Below are positions 6,783 through 16,045 of a stretch of DNA of 38,007 nt, piece by piece (position 1 is the stretch's first letter; each line of letters opens with the position of its first letter). The DNA comes from Clostridiaceae bacterium (GTDB lineage: Bacteria > Bacillota > Clostridia > CAYPLH01 > DUMO01): NCBI GenBank assembly GCA_012839865.1, contig DUMO01000051.1, positions 124,001-162,007 of the forward strand. Reading direction: 5' to 3'. The translations under genes and the position numbers were made by a program. The notes under the pieces were generated by a model that saw only the letters and a program-made list of their open reading frames with translations, searched no databases and had not been told where the DNA came from.

Positions 6783-6938
6783 TTACCCTTGTTCTTTGTT
6801 TTTGAAAAAAACATAGTATAACAGTATTCCGATATAAATTATAAGGCTGATTTCCCAATAAAAATGGAAAACAATAATATTCAGGATAAGAAAAATGAAC
6901 CCTAAAAGAAGCAACCATGCAACTATACGCTTTTTCAT
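6783..6938 (-). CDS. Small two-TM membrane protein, 51 aa (absent from ORF track)
   Basis: MKKRIVAWLLLLGFIFLILNIIVFHFYWEISLIIYIGILLYYVFFKNKEQG. ATG is 1 nt after the rarA stop, RBS AAGGA lies in the rarA tail, and two hydrophobic helices are flanked by basic termini. Confidence 0.8.
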   Translation of the reverse strand: MKKRIVAWLLLLGFIFLILNIIVFHFYWEISLIIYIGILLYYVFFKNKEQG

Positions 6939-6939
6939 A

Positions 6940-8238
6940 TCAACTTTCCTTTTTACCCTTCCTTATCTTATCCAGCCATTCTTTTACCCTGCTTTCATAA
7001 CCGTTGCCAGTAGGGTTATAATAGACAGTGCCTTTTACTTCTTCCGGTAAATAATCCTGCTCCACATAGTTCCCGGTGTAATCATGGGCATACTTGTATC
7101 CTTTTCCATACCCCAGATCCGCCATGCCTTTAACAGGTGCATTTCTCAAGTGCATGGGAACTTCACCGGTTTTTTTATTTTCAACATCCCATAAGGCTTT
7201 TTCAATGGCAGCATAGCTCGCATTTGATTTTGGGCTGGTTGCAACCGTTACCGCTGCCTGGGCAAGCAATATCCTGGCTTCAGGCATTCCGATTCTATGA
7301 ACTCCTTCTGCCGCCGCAACAGCTACGACCAGTGCATTGGGATTTGCCATCCCAACATCTTCTGAGGCGCAAATAATTATTCTTCTTGCAAGAAACTCGG
7401 GATCCTCTCCGGCATATAAGGCCCTGGCCAGGTAAAACACCGCCGCATCAGGGTCGCTTCCCCTCATGGATTTAATAAATGCACTGATGTTGTCGTAGTG
7501 GCTTTCTCCGGACTTGTCAAAATTAATCGACCTCTTTTGCACACACTGTTCAATTGTATTTACATCAATATGGATTTTACCGTCCTCTGCAATCTCCGAG
7601 GTCATCACCGCAAGTTCGACGGCATTTAGAGCTTTTCTGGCATCACCGTTTGAAATATCGGATATAAACCTTATGGCTTCTTCTTCAACCTCTAGATTAT
7701 ATTCCCCAAGTCCTCTTTCTTTATCAGTTATCGCAAGCTTTACAATCTTATAAATATCCTCAGGAGATAAAGGCTTGAGCATAAAAACATTTGAGCGTGA
7801 AATTAATGCCTTGTTCACCTCAAAGAAAGGGTTTTCCGTCGTGGCACCAATCAGAACTACAGTACCGTTCTCCACATGTGGAAGCAGTGCATCCTGCTGG
7901 GCTTTATTGAATCTGTGAATTTCATCAATAAATAATACAGTTTTCCCCTTTGGATTGAAAAAAGGATTCTTTGTCTCATCTACAATTCTTTTTATATCAG
8001 CTATTCCTGCTGTAACGGCATTTAATTTTTCAAAATGTGTTTTGGTTGTGGAAGCTATAATGCGTGCAAGGGATGTCTTCCCGGTGCCAGGGGGGCCATA
8101 GAGAATTATAGACGAAATTCTGTCGGCTTTGATCATCCGGTACAGGAGTCTGTCTTTTCCGATAATGTCTTCCTGCCCGACAAATTCTTCAATTGTCCTT
8201 GGACACATCCTGTATGCCAGAGGTTCCTTTTTCTCCAT
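6940..8238 (-). CDS. rarA: Replication-associated recombination protein A (MgsA/RarA AAA+ ATPase)
   Basis: Walker A GPPGTGKT, Walker B LFIDEIHRF, ATTENP, and C-terminal SAFIKSMRGSD and YKYAHDY. Confidence 0.95.
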   Translation of the reverse strand: MEKKEPLAYRMCPRTIEEFVGQEDIIGKDRLLYRMIKADRISSIILYGPPGTGKTSLARIIASTTKTHFEKLNAVTAGIADIKRIVDETKNPFFNPKGKTVLFIDEIHRFNKAQQDALLPHVENGTVVLIGATTENPFFEVNKALISRSNVFMLKPLSPEDIYKIVKLAITDKERGLGEYNLEVEEEAIRFISDISNGDARKALNAVELAVMTSEIAEDGKIHIDVNTIEQCVQKRSINFDKSGESHYDNISAFIKSMRGSDPDAAVFYLARALYAGEDPEFLARRIIICASEDVGMANPNALVVAVAAAEGVHRIGMPEARILLAQAAVTVATSPKSNASYAAIEKALWDVENKKTGEVPMHLRNAPVKGMADLGYGKGYKYAHDYTGNYVEQDYLPEEVKGTVYYNPTGNGYESRVKEWLDKIRKGKKES

Positions 8239-8345
8239 TATTACTTTCCAACCTTCTTATTTTACCTTGCCATGATAAGACGTCATGCATTCTTCCAGTC
8301 GTTTGTACTGATGGACCGGTGCCATGCCATTACAGCGGTTCCTGA

Positions 8346-9581
8346 CTAATATAACGGATACTTGTCGCAAAGAATTTTTACTCTTTCAATAACGCTTTGT
8401 TTTGAATTTTTGTAATCCGTCAATGTCAAACTGATAAGCTCGGCAATTTCCTTCATGTCGTCTTCTTTCATGCCTCTTGAGGTGACCGCCGGGGTTCCGA
8501 GCCTCAATCCGCTTGTAGTGAAAGGACTTTCGGTGTCAAAGGGTATGGCATTCTTATTGGCTGTAATATTGACGCTGTCAAGCCTTGTTTGCGCTTTCTT
8601 GCCGGTTATATCCTTGTTTGTAAGGTCCACAAGCATCAGATGATTGTCCGTACCACCGGATACCAGGTTGAAGCCTTTGCTGATAAGTCCCTCTGCAAGA
8701 GCCTTGGCATTCTTGACAATCTGATTCTGGTATGCTTTAAACTCTTCCGTCAAAGCTTCTTTAAAACATACAGCCTTGGCTGCAATTATATGCATTAAAG
8801 GTCCGCCCTGGGTGCCGGGGAAAACCGCACTGTCAATTTTCTTTGCAAATTCTTCCTTGCACAGTATCATACCGCCCCTTGGACCTCTCAATGTCTTATG
8901 GGTGGTGGTTGTGACAAAATGCGCATACGGTACGGGGTTGGGATGCAGCCCTGCAGCTACAAGACCGGCAATATGCGCCATATCAACCATTAAATATGCT
9001 CCCGCTTCATCCGCAATTTCCCTGAATGCTTTAAAATCAATAATTCTCGGATATGCACTGGCTCCTGCTACAATCATCCTGGGTTTGTGCTGTTGAGCCA
9101 GATTTCTTATATGGTCATAGTCAATCCTGCAATCTTCTTTTCTGACTCCATAGGGTACAATGTTAAAATATTTTCCGGATATGTTGACCGGGCTTCCATG
9201 GGTCAGATGCCCTCCATGGGCCAGATCCATCCCTAAAATCGTATCCCCGGGCTCAAGCATTGCAAAATATACGGCAGTATTTGCCTGGGCACCGGAATGG
9301 GGCTGAACATTGGCATGTTCTGCACCGAAAATCTGTTTTGCCCTTTCAATGGCAAGGGTTTCTACAACATCAACATATTCACATCCACCGTAGTATCTTC
9401 TTCCGGGATACCCTTCTGCATATTTGTTTGTTAATGGAGAACCCATTGCATCCATTACAGCTTCACTGACGAAATTTTCAGAAGCTATTAGTTCTATTTT
9501 GTTTCTTTGACGGTTGGCTTCATCTTCTATTGCCTTTGCTATTTCAGGATCCACCTGTGAAATTTTATCCAAATTGTACAT
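8346..9581 (-). CDS. glyA: Serine hydroxymethyltransferase
   Basis: [22 protein letters not shown] and PLP-lysine motif [13 protein letters not shown]. Confidence 0.98.
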   Translation of the reverse strand: MYNLDKISQVDPEIAKAIEDEANRQRNKIELIASENFVSEAVMDAMGSPLTNKYAEGYPGRRYYGGCEYVDVVETLAIERAKQIFGAEHANVQPHSGAQANTAVYFAMLEPGDTILGMDLAHGGHLTHGSPVNISGKYFNIVPYGVRKEDCRIDYDHIRNLAQQHKPRMIVAGASAYPRIIDFKAFREIADEAGAYLMVDMAHIAGLVAAGLHPNPVPYAHFVTTTTHKTLRGPRGGMILCKEEFAKKIDSAVFPGTQGGPLMHIIAAKAVCFKEALTEEFKAYQNQIVKNAKALAEGLISKGFNLVSGGTDNHLMLVDLTNKDITGKKAQTRLDSVNITANKNAIPFDTESPFTTSGLRLGTPAVTSRGMKEDDMKEIAELISLTLTDYKNSKQSVIERVKILCDKYPLY

Positions 9582-9636
9582 TCTACAACCTCCGATTATA
9601 TAATGAATAATTAGCTGTCCAAATTACAATACATTG

Positions 9637-9665
9637 ATTATAATAATATTTAAATTGTGTGTCAA
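9637..9665 (-). promoter_or_regulatory. Consensus SigA promoter of glyA
   Basis: Perfect TTGACA-17 nt-TATAAT. Confidence 0.85.
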
Positions 9666-9800
9666 ACAACTTTATAAGAGTTCATACATCATATCTTAAT
9701 TACCGGTATCCAGGGCTAAACAACTTTAAAGTTTTCCTCCGAACCAGTATGTCATATCTGATTTGCTGTTAACCAGAGTCAGACAACTTTATACAGTTCA
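9662..9800. repeat. Degenerate tandem copies of the 3' end of the AIR-synthase-like gene
   Basis: A(A/G)ACAACTTTA at 9664, 9718 and 9781. Segments 9685-9728 and 9748-9791 match at 32/44 nt ungapped; 9662-9684 matches the gene end 9779-9800 at about 20/23. Confidence 0.7.
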
Positions 9801-10759
9801 TCGGAACCCGGCTGGGCTATGTCAATCTCCATTCCGTTGTCCAGCAAAACCTTTCTTTTGTCTTCGGTAACCTCACCAATAATGGCAGCCGGTATCCCGT
9901 TGTCACCCAGCAATTTGACAAGAGCTTCTCCCCTGCTGCAGGTAATCAGCATGCAGCCGCTCGAAATCAACTTCAAAGGATTAATACCATAATATTCACA
10001 TATCTGCCTGGTTTCTTCACCTACAGGAATCAGGCTATTATCCACTTTTACCCCCACTTCGGATGCTTCAGCAATCTCCCATAAGGCTCCCAAAACGCCG
10101 CCCTCGGTTACATCATGCATTGCTGAAACGCCAAAGCTGCCGGATAATACGCCCTCTTTAACAACGCTGATATTGTTAATGTACTTTTTTGCTTTGCACA
10201 CAAATTCCCTGCCAAAAGCCCGCTCCAGTTCATTTTCTTTTTCATGGGCTATTATGGCAGTCCCTTCAAGGCCGACTGTTTTTGTAACAATAATCTTGTC
10301 TTTTGGCTTCGCCCCGGAAGACGTCACCATTTTTTCCTTCTTTACCTTTCCTATACAGGTACATGCCAGGACAAATCTGTTTACTGCAGAAGTTATTTCA
10401 GTATGTCCTCCTACAATATCCACATTCAGCGAAGCGGCTTCCCCGGTTAATTGCTTCATCACCGTTTCAAGGTCGTTGTAAGTTGCATTAGGAGGTGCAA
10501 GAATGGTAACCAGCAGGCCTATAGGTTCTGAACCACACGATGCAATATCATTGCATGAAATATGCACTGCAAGCTTCCCGATTTCATTAGCAGTTCCTGT
10601 GATAGGGTCAGATGACATTACACAAATATTATCCTCAAAATCAATTCCGCAGCAATCTTCTCCTATTTTAGGCCTTATTAAAACCTCGCTCCTGTTTTCT
10701 TTAATTTTATCTAAGATTATATTTTTTAAAATATCATTTGGAATCTTTCCAATTTCCAT
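9779..10759 (-). CDS. AIR synthase (PurM/HypE/ThiL-like) family protein of unknown substrate
   Basis: MEIGKIP start after GGGAGG; motifs GEDC, SSDPIT, CNDIA, GGHTE and HDVTEGG of the PurM-like ATP-binding superfamily. Confidence 0.85.
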   Translation of the reverse strand: MEIGKIPNDILKNIILDKIKENRSEVLIRPKIGEDCCGIDFEDNICVMSSDPITGTANEIGKLAVHISCNDIASCGSEPIGLLVTILAPPNATYNDLETVMKQLTGEAASLNVDIVGGHTEITSAVNRFVLACTCIGKVKKEKMVTSSGAKPKDKIIVTKTVGLEGTAIIAHEKENELERAFGREFVCKAKKYINNISVVKEGVLSGSFGVSAMHDVTEGGVLGALWEIAEASEVGVKVDNSLIPVGEETRQICEYYGINPLKLISSGCMLITCSRGEALVKLLGDNGIPAAIIGEVTEDKRKVLLDNGMEIDIAQPGSDELYKVV

Positions 10760-10955
10760 ATCATTAGCCTCCCGGTCTTTTTCCTTATTCAATGCGATTT
10801 GTTGAAAAGCCCAGTTTCGTACATTCTGACGGCATTTTATAATTTTCAATCCGGAAAGTACTATTGGTTCACTTTACAAAAATTTCATGACAGTGCGGCT
10901 TTTTGCGCATTTTAAAGCAACTACCCAGCTTTTTGGGAAATATTCATGTGATTAC

Positions 10956-10984
10956 ATAATAATATTCTTTGAGGGATATGTAAA
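10956..10984 (-). promoter_or_regulatory. Possible SigA promoter of the AIR-synthase-like gene
   Basis: TTTACA-17 nt-TATTAT, implying a leader of about 190 nt. Confidence 0.4.
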
Positions 10985-11130
10985 CGGTTATTTGAAAATT
11001 TAATCAAAATAAGGGATGAATCAGGTCTATTAAAGCTGCATATTATTTGTAACCAGGTAATCTGCCTTCTGATAAGCTGCTTTTAAAGAATAAGCTAATA
11101 TATAGTCAGTTAAGATATAAACCAGAGAAA

Positions 11131-11189
11131 TGAAATGTATGCAGAACAATAACAAATGGCTTTATTTTGTTATTTCTGCATACATTTCA
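11131..11189. other. Long inverted repeat (24-bp stem, 2-nt bulge, 9-nt loop)
   Basis: TGAAATGTATGCAGAA(ca)ATAACAAA-tggctttat-TTTGTTATTTCTGCATACATTTCA, 85 nt downstream of the VanW gene. Confidence 0.8.
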
Positions 11190-11274
11190 AGTTCCAACCT
11201 TGCAATAAGCAATTGTACCAGAGCTAATTATATATAAAGAAGTGATTAAGACGACTGGGCAGAAACGGTACAGG

Positions 11275-12648
11275 TTACAATACCCCGGATTGATCTTCTT
11301 TAAAATTCTCGTTTATCTTAATCTGACCGTTTACTGCATTATAAACATCCTCTGAAATTAACTCGCTCTTTAAAAGTTTGCCGTTTACGTCATAGGTATC
11401 CCTGAAAAGCCTTGATTTCAGGCCGTTCTGGGGAGCCTTAACTATAACTTTTTCATTCACAGGCAAAGTATTGTCGATAATTACTTCCACTTTTGCCTCA
11501 TATGTTTCAACAATTTCAGACCTGAGCTTTACTATGTTTTTTTGCATGTCATTATTGCCAAGAATCCTTATGCAAATTGTCCCTCCGGATACCTCGGCAT
11601 TGATTGCTACAGCATCTTCCAGGCTGTTTTCAAACTTAAGGTCAATATAATCACCTGAAATTGTAGCATCATGGCTGGGCGGCACATACCCTAAGGGAAG
11701 GGAATGAGGCGCCCGTTGGGTTATGTTCAGCCTGGCCAGGAGAGCTGCACAATAAAGGGTGGTTGTAACCTGGCATACTCCTCCGCCAACATCCTCAACA
11801 AACTCATCCTTTAAAATAATAGGAGCCGTCTTGTATCCGTTTTCCGGTGTCCTGGGACCTATTCCCTTGTTCATGGAAAAAGCATCTTTTGGCATCAGTA
11901 TTGTATTATTAATTTTTTCACAGGCAAGCCGGATATTATGAGCCCTGTTTTCAGCCGCCGTACTGAAATAGGTTCTAAACTCCGCAATGACTCCGTTGAT
12001 ATTCTGTATGCCATTCATGGTAATATGGGGAGTAACTTCATTAATTACAAGGGTATTGACTTCAAAATTTTTATCCAGTATGTTTTTTTCAATTGCATCA
12101 AAGCTCTTATCAACATCAAGATATACTCCAACGACTTCAGGAGTCTTTGCAATTTCCCCGTTCCTATAGGATAAGGAAGCATTTTTCTCCTGCTTGTCTA
12201 CCTGTTTTTTAATTATTGTCAGAATATTTTTCAACTGTTCCTTGTTAAATGTCAAATCACAGGTAAAATTAATTCCGTCTTTCCTTAGCCTGAAAATTTC
12301 TTGAATCCTTTTCAGAATATTGCCATCACGTCCTGCCCTGTATGCTTTTTCGATGGCATCTTCCGCAACATACTGCAGGGATATATCTCCAGGATCAATA
12401 GTCCATGAATTATCAATACCTTTGAGTACGATTTTCTTACCTGCAAGCTTTTCATTCATCTTTTGGGCAACAAGTTCCGCTGCTATTTCCTTCTCAATTC
12501 CGGACAAATCAATATCCTCAATGGATACGCCTTTGTATATGCCGTCCTGTGTGAGAATCAGCGCACCATAAACAGTTGCACCTGCAAATATTAAAAATAT
12601 AATTGAAAATATGATTAAAACCTTTTTTTTTACGGATATAAGCAACAT
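11275..12648 (-). CDS. VanW-family membrane protein with peptidoglycan-binding and G5-like domains
   Basis: N-terminal TM, VanW core (FSMNKGIGPRT, GGGVCQVTTTLY, RAPHS, DATIS...DLKFEN) and a G5-like C-terminus. Confidence 0.88.
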   Translation of the reverse strand: MLLISVKKKVLIIFSIIFLIFAGATVYGALILTQDGIYKGVSIEDIDLSGIEKEIAAELVAQKMNEKLAGKKIVLKGIDNSWTIDPGDISLQYVAEDAIEKAYRAGRDGNILKRIQEIFRLRKDGINFTCDLTFNKEQLKNILTIIKKQVDKQEKNASLSYRNGEIAKTPEVVGVYLDVDKSFDAIEKNILDKNFEVNTLVINEVTPHITMNGIQNINGVIAEFRTYFSTAAENRAHNIRLACEKINNTILMPKDAFSMNKGIGPRTPENGYKTAPIILKDEFVEDVGGGVCQVTTTLYCAALLARLNITQRAPHSLPLGYVPPSHDATISGDYIDLKFENSLEDAVAINAEVSGGTICIRILGNNDMQKNIVKLRSEIVETYEAKVEVIIDNTLPVNEKVIVKAPQNGLKSRLFRDTYDVNGKLLKSELISEDVYNAVNGQIKINENFKEDQSGVL

Positions 12649-12766
12649 TCTGATTTATTCCTTTATATAGTTATAATTTCTTCGTTTCAGGAATTAAATA
12701 TTAAGAACTATATAAATATTGTTACTTAAACTTCCGCGTTTTTATACCATAAAATATTTCCGTTGC

Positions 12767-13948
12767 TTAATTTATTTCCCTTATTTCCGTATTTTTTATA
12801 GCCTCATCTATCAGCCCGGAAACATCCAAAACACTTTCCGATTTTAATATATCCGAAAGTATGGGTTTGGTTTTGGGATGCTTTGGAACAAATACCGTAC
12901 AGCAATCCTCATAAGGCAATATTGAAGTTTCAAAGGTGCCTATTTTTCTGGCAATGCTTACAACTTCGTTCTTATCCATCCCAATAAGGGGTCTGAAAAC
13001 AGGAATGGCAACAGCAGCATTTGTTACACTCAAGCTGTGCATGGTCTGGCTTGCCACCTGGCCGATACTCTCCCCGGTGGTAAGTGATAGAGCACCATTG
13101 GATAAGGCAATTTTTTCCGCAATCTTCATCATGAATCTTCTCATGATTAGAACCAGTTCATTTTCAGGGCATTTTTCATTGATTTCGGTTTGAATTTTTG
13201 TAAATGGCACAATATGAAGCTTGATGCTTATGCAATATTGAGCAAGTATTTTGGCTAAATCAACTACCTTTTCAAGGGCTCTCTCACTGGTATAGGGATA
13301 GCTGTAAAAGTGAACCACCTCCAGTTCCACTCCGCGCTTCAGCATCATCCATCCGGCTACAGGGCTGTCTATTCCGCCGGACAACAAAAGAAGGGTTTTT
13401 TCACCGGTCCCGACAGGGAGCCCTCCCGCTGCGGGAATTATTTCAAAATAGAGGTATGTATGCTCCCTTATTTCAACATAAAATATGAATGACGGGTTGT
13501 TTACATCCACTTTAAGGGACGGAATGTTTTTAAGCAGGTGTTCGCCCAGGTCTCTTGAAACCTCAGGGGACTCCAGGGGGAAACTTTTATTTGCCCTTTT
13601 TGTTTCAACCTTGAAGGTAACCAGGTTCTTTTCAGCAACTGAGTCTTTCACCATCGCAAGGGAATGCTCTTTAATTGCATCAAAATCTGATTCAATTTTA
13701 TAAACAGGGCTTATGGAGACAACCCCAAAAACCTTTGTCAATCTTTCCAATGCCTTGTCAAAGTTAAAATCCGCCCCTTCAGGTTCAACAAAGACCCTTC
13801 CCCTGGAAGTTGCAATCCTGGCATCTCCAAGGTCTGAAATGGCGTGCCTGATATTCCTGACCAACTTGTCCTCAAAATATTTGCGGTTCTGTCCCTTCAA
13901 CATAAGCTCTCCGCACCGCAGAAGAATTATTCTGTTCGAGTTCTCCAT
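12767..13948 (-). CDS. thiI: tRNA 4-thiouridine synthase ThiI
   Basis: GELMLKGQNR, THUMP domain, PP-loop LLSGGIDSPVA, TGESIGQVASQ and EDCC. Confidence 0.96.
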   Translation of the reverse strand: MENSNRIILLRCGELMLKGQNRKYFEDKLVRNIRHAISDLGDARIATSRGRVFVEPEGADFNFDKALERLTKVFGVVSISPVYKIESDFDAIKEHSLAMVKDSVAEKNLVTFKVETKRANKSFPLESPEVSRDLGEHLLKNIPSLKVDVNNPSFIFYVEIREHTYLYFEIIPAAGGLPVGTGEKTLLLLSGGIDSPVAGWMMLKRGVELEVVHFYSYPYTSERALEKVVDLAKILAQYCISIKLHIVPFTKIQTEINEKCPENELVLIMRRFMMKIAEKIALSNGALSLTTGESIGQVASQTMHSLSVTNAAVAIPVFRPLIGMDKNEVVSIARKIGTFETSILPYEDCCTVFVPKHPKTKPILSDILKSESVLDVSGLIDEAIKNTEIREIN

Positions 13949-14163
13949 TTTTTAAACTTGCTCCTTTGTCAGATTATTTGCGAAATTTTTTTCGATAAAA
14001 TAGCTTGTTAAATTTTATTTTCATATTTGCGACACTAAAGTCTCCATGTTTGCAATGCTAAAGCTGTTATCCAAAAAATCGGACTAGCCGGACAACAGCC
14101 TGACGATTGTTATGCTTATTAAATCTCGCTGTCCTTCCATTTGATAATATCCACCTTAAATTA

Positions 14164-15318
14164 TTATCTTCTTTTTATTCTGATTTTAGGCAGTATTTTT
14201 TTCAGTGCTTCTATTACATATGGAATCTCATCTTTGGAATTAAAGCTTGAAAAGCTGAACCTTATGGCTCCTTCAATATCACATTCCGGTATTTTCATCG
14301 ATGTAAGAACATGACTATATGATTTTTTCCTTGAGGAACAGGCAGAACCAGTGGAAACAAAAATATTCTCCTGCTCTAAAAAGTGTAGAAGCACTTCAGA
14401 TTTCACATTTTGAAAAGACACATTTAAAATATAGGGCGAACCTTCCCCAGGTGAATTCACCCTGTAGCCTTCAATCCCGCTCTTTAATCCCGACAGGAAA
14501 AGCTCCCGGATTTCCCTGACCTTGCAATAGTTTTCTTCCAATCGGGAAAAGGTTATCTTAGCAGCCAGCCCAAACCCACCGATTCCGGGAACATTTTCAG
14601 TACCCGACCTCAGCATGGACTCCTGCCCTCCTCCGAAAATAATCGGATTAACCTTCCTTTTTTTATTAACATATACTGCACCAACGCCTTTTGGGCCATG
14701 AATTTTATGGGAGCTCATTGATAACAGGTCTATCCCTGAATTTTTTACATCAATTTTAATTTTCCCAAAGGCCTGTATTCCGTCAACGTGAACAGCAATG
14801 TCTTTTTTTGTTTCATTTTTAATTTTTATAATATCATCAATCGGCTGTATAACGCCTGTTTCATTATTTACCAAAAGAATACTGATAAGGGCAGTCCTTT
14901 CACAAAGAACCTCCCTTAGCTGCTCCAGGTTTATTATACCTTCCCGGTCCACATCAATAAAATCAACGGTATATCCGTTTTCAGAAAGGTGCTTGTATAC
15001 TTCCAATACCGAAGGGTGCTCTGTTTTTAATGTAACAACATGGTTTCCCAATCTTTTATTTGCATTGAGAAAGCCCCTTATGGCAAGATTATTTGATTCG
15101 GTTCCACCGGAAGTAAAATATATTTCATCCTTATCGGCGTTTAGTGAAGTTGCAATAATGTCCCTCGCGTTTTTAACAACCTTCTCCGCTTCAATACCCA
15201 TTTTATGAAGAGAGGAAGGGTTGCCGTAAGTATATTCATTAATTTGAGTCATATATTCAACCACTTCAGGGTATGGTTTTGTCGTAGCGCTGTTGTCAAG
15301 ATATATATCCATGTTCAT
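14164..15318 (-). CDS. Cysteine desulfurase paired with thiI (NifZ-like)
   Basis: YLDNSATT, SSHKIHGPKG and STGSACSS. It precedes thiI, as in the B. subtilis nifZ-thiI pair. Confidence 0.92.
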   Translation of the reverse strand: MNMDIYLDNSATTKPYPEVVEYMTQINEYTYGNPSSLHKMGIEAEKVVKNARDIIATSLNADKDEIYFTSGGTESNNLAIRGFLNANKRLGNHVVTLKTEHPSVLEVYKHLSENGYTVDFIDVDREGIINLEQLREVLCERTALISILLVNNETGVIQPIDDIIKIKNETKKDIAVHVDGIQAFGKIKIDVKNSGIDLLSMSSHKIHGPKGVGAVYVNKKRKVNPIIFGGGQESMLRSGTENVPGIGGFGLAAKITFSRLEENYCKVREIRELFLSGLKSGIEGYRVNSPGEGSPYILNVSFQNVKSEVLLHFLEQENIFVSTGSACSSRKKSYSHVLTSMKIPECDIEGAIRFSFSSFNSKDEIPYVIEALKKILPKIRIKRR

Positions 15319-15458
15319 AAAAAATCTCCTTTTTATATGGCTGTTGGTCTTTGTTCAACAATAGATATTTTAACATAATACCACAATTTTAACCAACAAC
15401 CTTGAAAGGAGAAAAAAACAATTCCAGCCGGTATGTATTTAAGTCAGCCGATTATATA

Positions 15459-15740
15459 TTAGTTAACAATTACTTTCAACCGGGTACCTGGATACAAGGT
15501 CGATGTCTCAAGGTTGTTTATTTTTTTCAGCTCATACAGGTACCTTCTGACATCCTCTTCCTCTCTTTTATATTTCATGGATATATCCCACAAGGTATCG
15601 CCTTTTTTAACCACAATATATTCGTATCTTGTTTCTCTGTAGCCATAAACTGATTTTGCAACCAATAGAGTCGTGACAGACAACATAAGTATAATCAGAA
15701 AAGATATAAACCTGGGTTTGCTTTTAATTCTTAATCTCAT
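15459..15740 (-). CDS. LysM membrane protein, YneA-like SOS cell-division inhibitor
   Basis: One TM helix plus LysM (VVKKGDTLWDIS...INNL...LYPG). Divergent from lexA, with SOS boxes over its promoter. Start at 15740 is preferred on RBS spacing. Confidence 0.85.
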   Translation of the reverse strand: MRLRIKSKPRFISFLIILMLSVTTLLVAKSVYGYRETRYEYIVVKKGDTLWDISMKYKREEEDVRRYLYELKKINNLETSTLYPGTRLKVIVN

Positions 15741-15768
15741 TCCAATCATTCCTTTCTCACGCCGCTAG

Positions 15769-15782
15769 CAAACATATGTTCT
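15769..15782. promoter_or_regulatory. LexA (SOS) box 1
   Basis: CAAACATATGTTCT fits the Firmicutes GAAC-N4-GTTC pattern and is the exact reverse complement of box 2. Confidence 0.85.
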
Positions 15783-15794
15783 TCATCAATTATG

Positions 15795-15824
15795 ATTATA
15801 TTAGAACATATGTTTGTTTGTCAA
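15795..15824 (-). promoter_or_regulatory. SigA promoter of the yneA-like gene
   Basis: TTGACA-18 nt-TATAAT with SOS box 2 inside the spacer. Confidence 0.75.
15803..15816. promoter_or_regulatory. LexA (SOS) box 2
   Basis: AGAACATATGTTTG. Confidence 0.88.
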
Positions 15825-15843
15825 TATCTTTTTATCATTTTTT

Positions 15844-15857
15844 CGAACGTGAGTTTG
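15844..15857. promoter_or_regulatory. LexA (SOS) box 3
   Basis: CGAACGTGAGTTTG, overlapping the lexA -35. Confidence 0.8.
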
Positions 15858-15883
15858 ATTTTTTAAAATACTTATGCTAAAAT
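15855..15883 (+). promoter_or_regulatory. SigA promoter of lexA
   Basis: TTGATT-17 nt-TAAAAT with an extended -10 TG. Confidence 0.7.
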
Positions 15884-16045
15884 TAAAATTGGATTATTGG
15901 TAACTTTATCATAAAGATTATACATACGTTCCAGGAAGGAGTATCCTGAACCTGCTTGAATTGAGTACTAAACACAGAAAGCATTAGAGAGAACAATTGG
16001 ATTAAAAGAATCCTGCCCCTTAAAATACGAAAATGAGGTGTAAAA

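Noticed and set aside
6908..6935. Motif GAAGCAACCATGC-N7/8-GCTTTTT shared with 36206-36232
   Set aside because: This copy is the antisense of the small membrane protein's coding sequence, and 13-mer matches are expected by chance in 38 kb.
9582..9778. Glycine, ZTP or THF riboswitch upstream of glyA
   Set aside because: The promoter leaves a leader of only about 50 nt, and no aptamer motifs are present.
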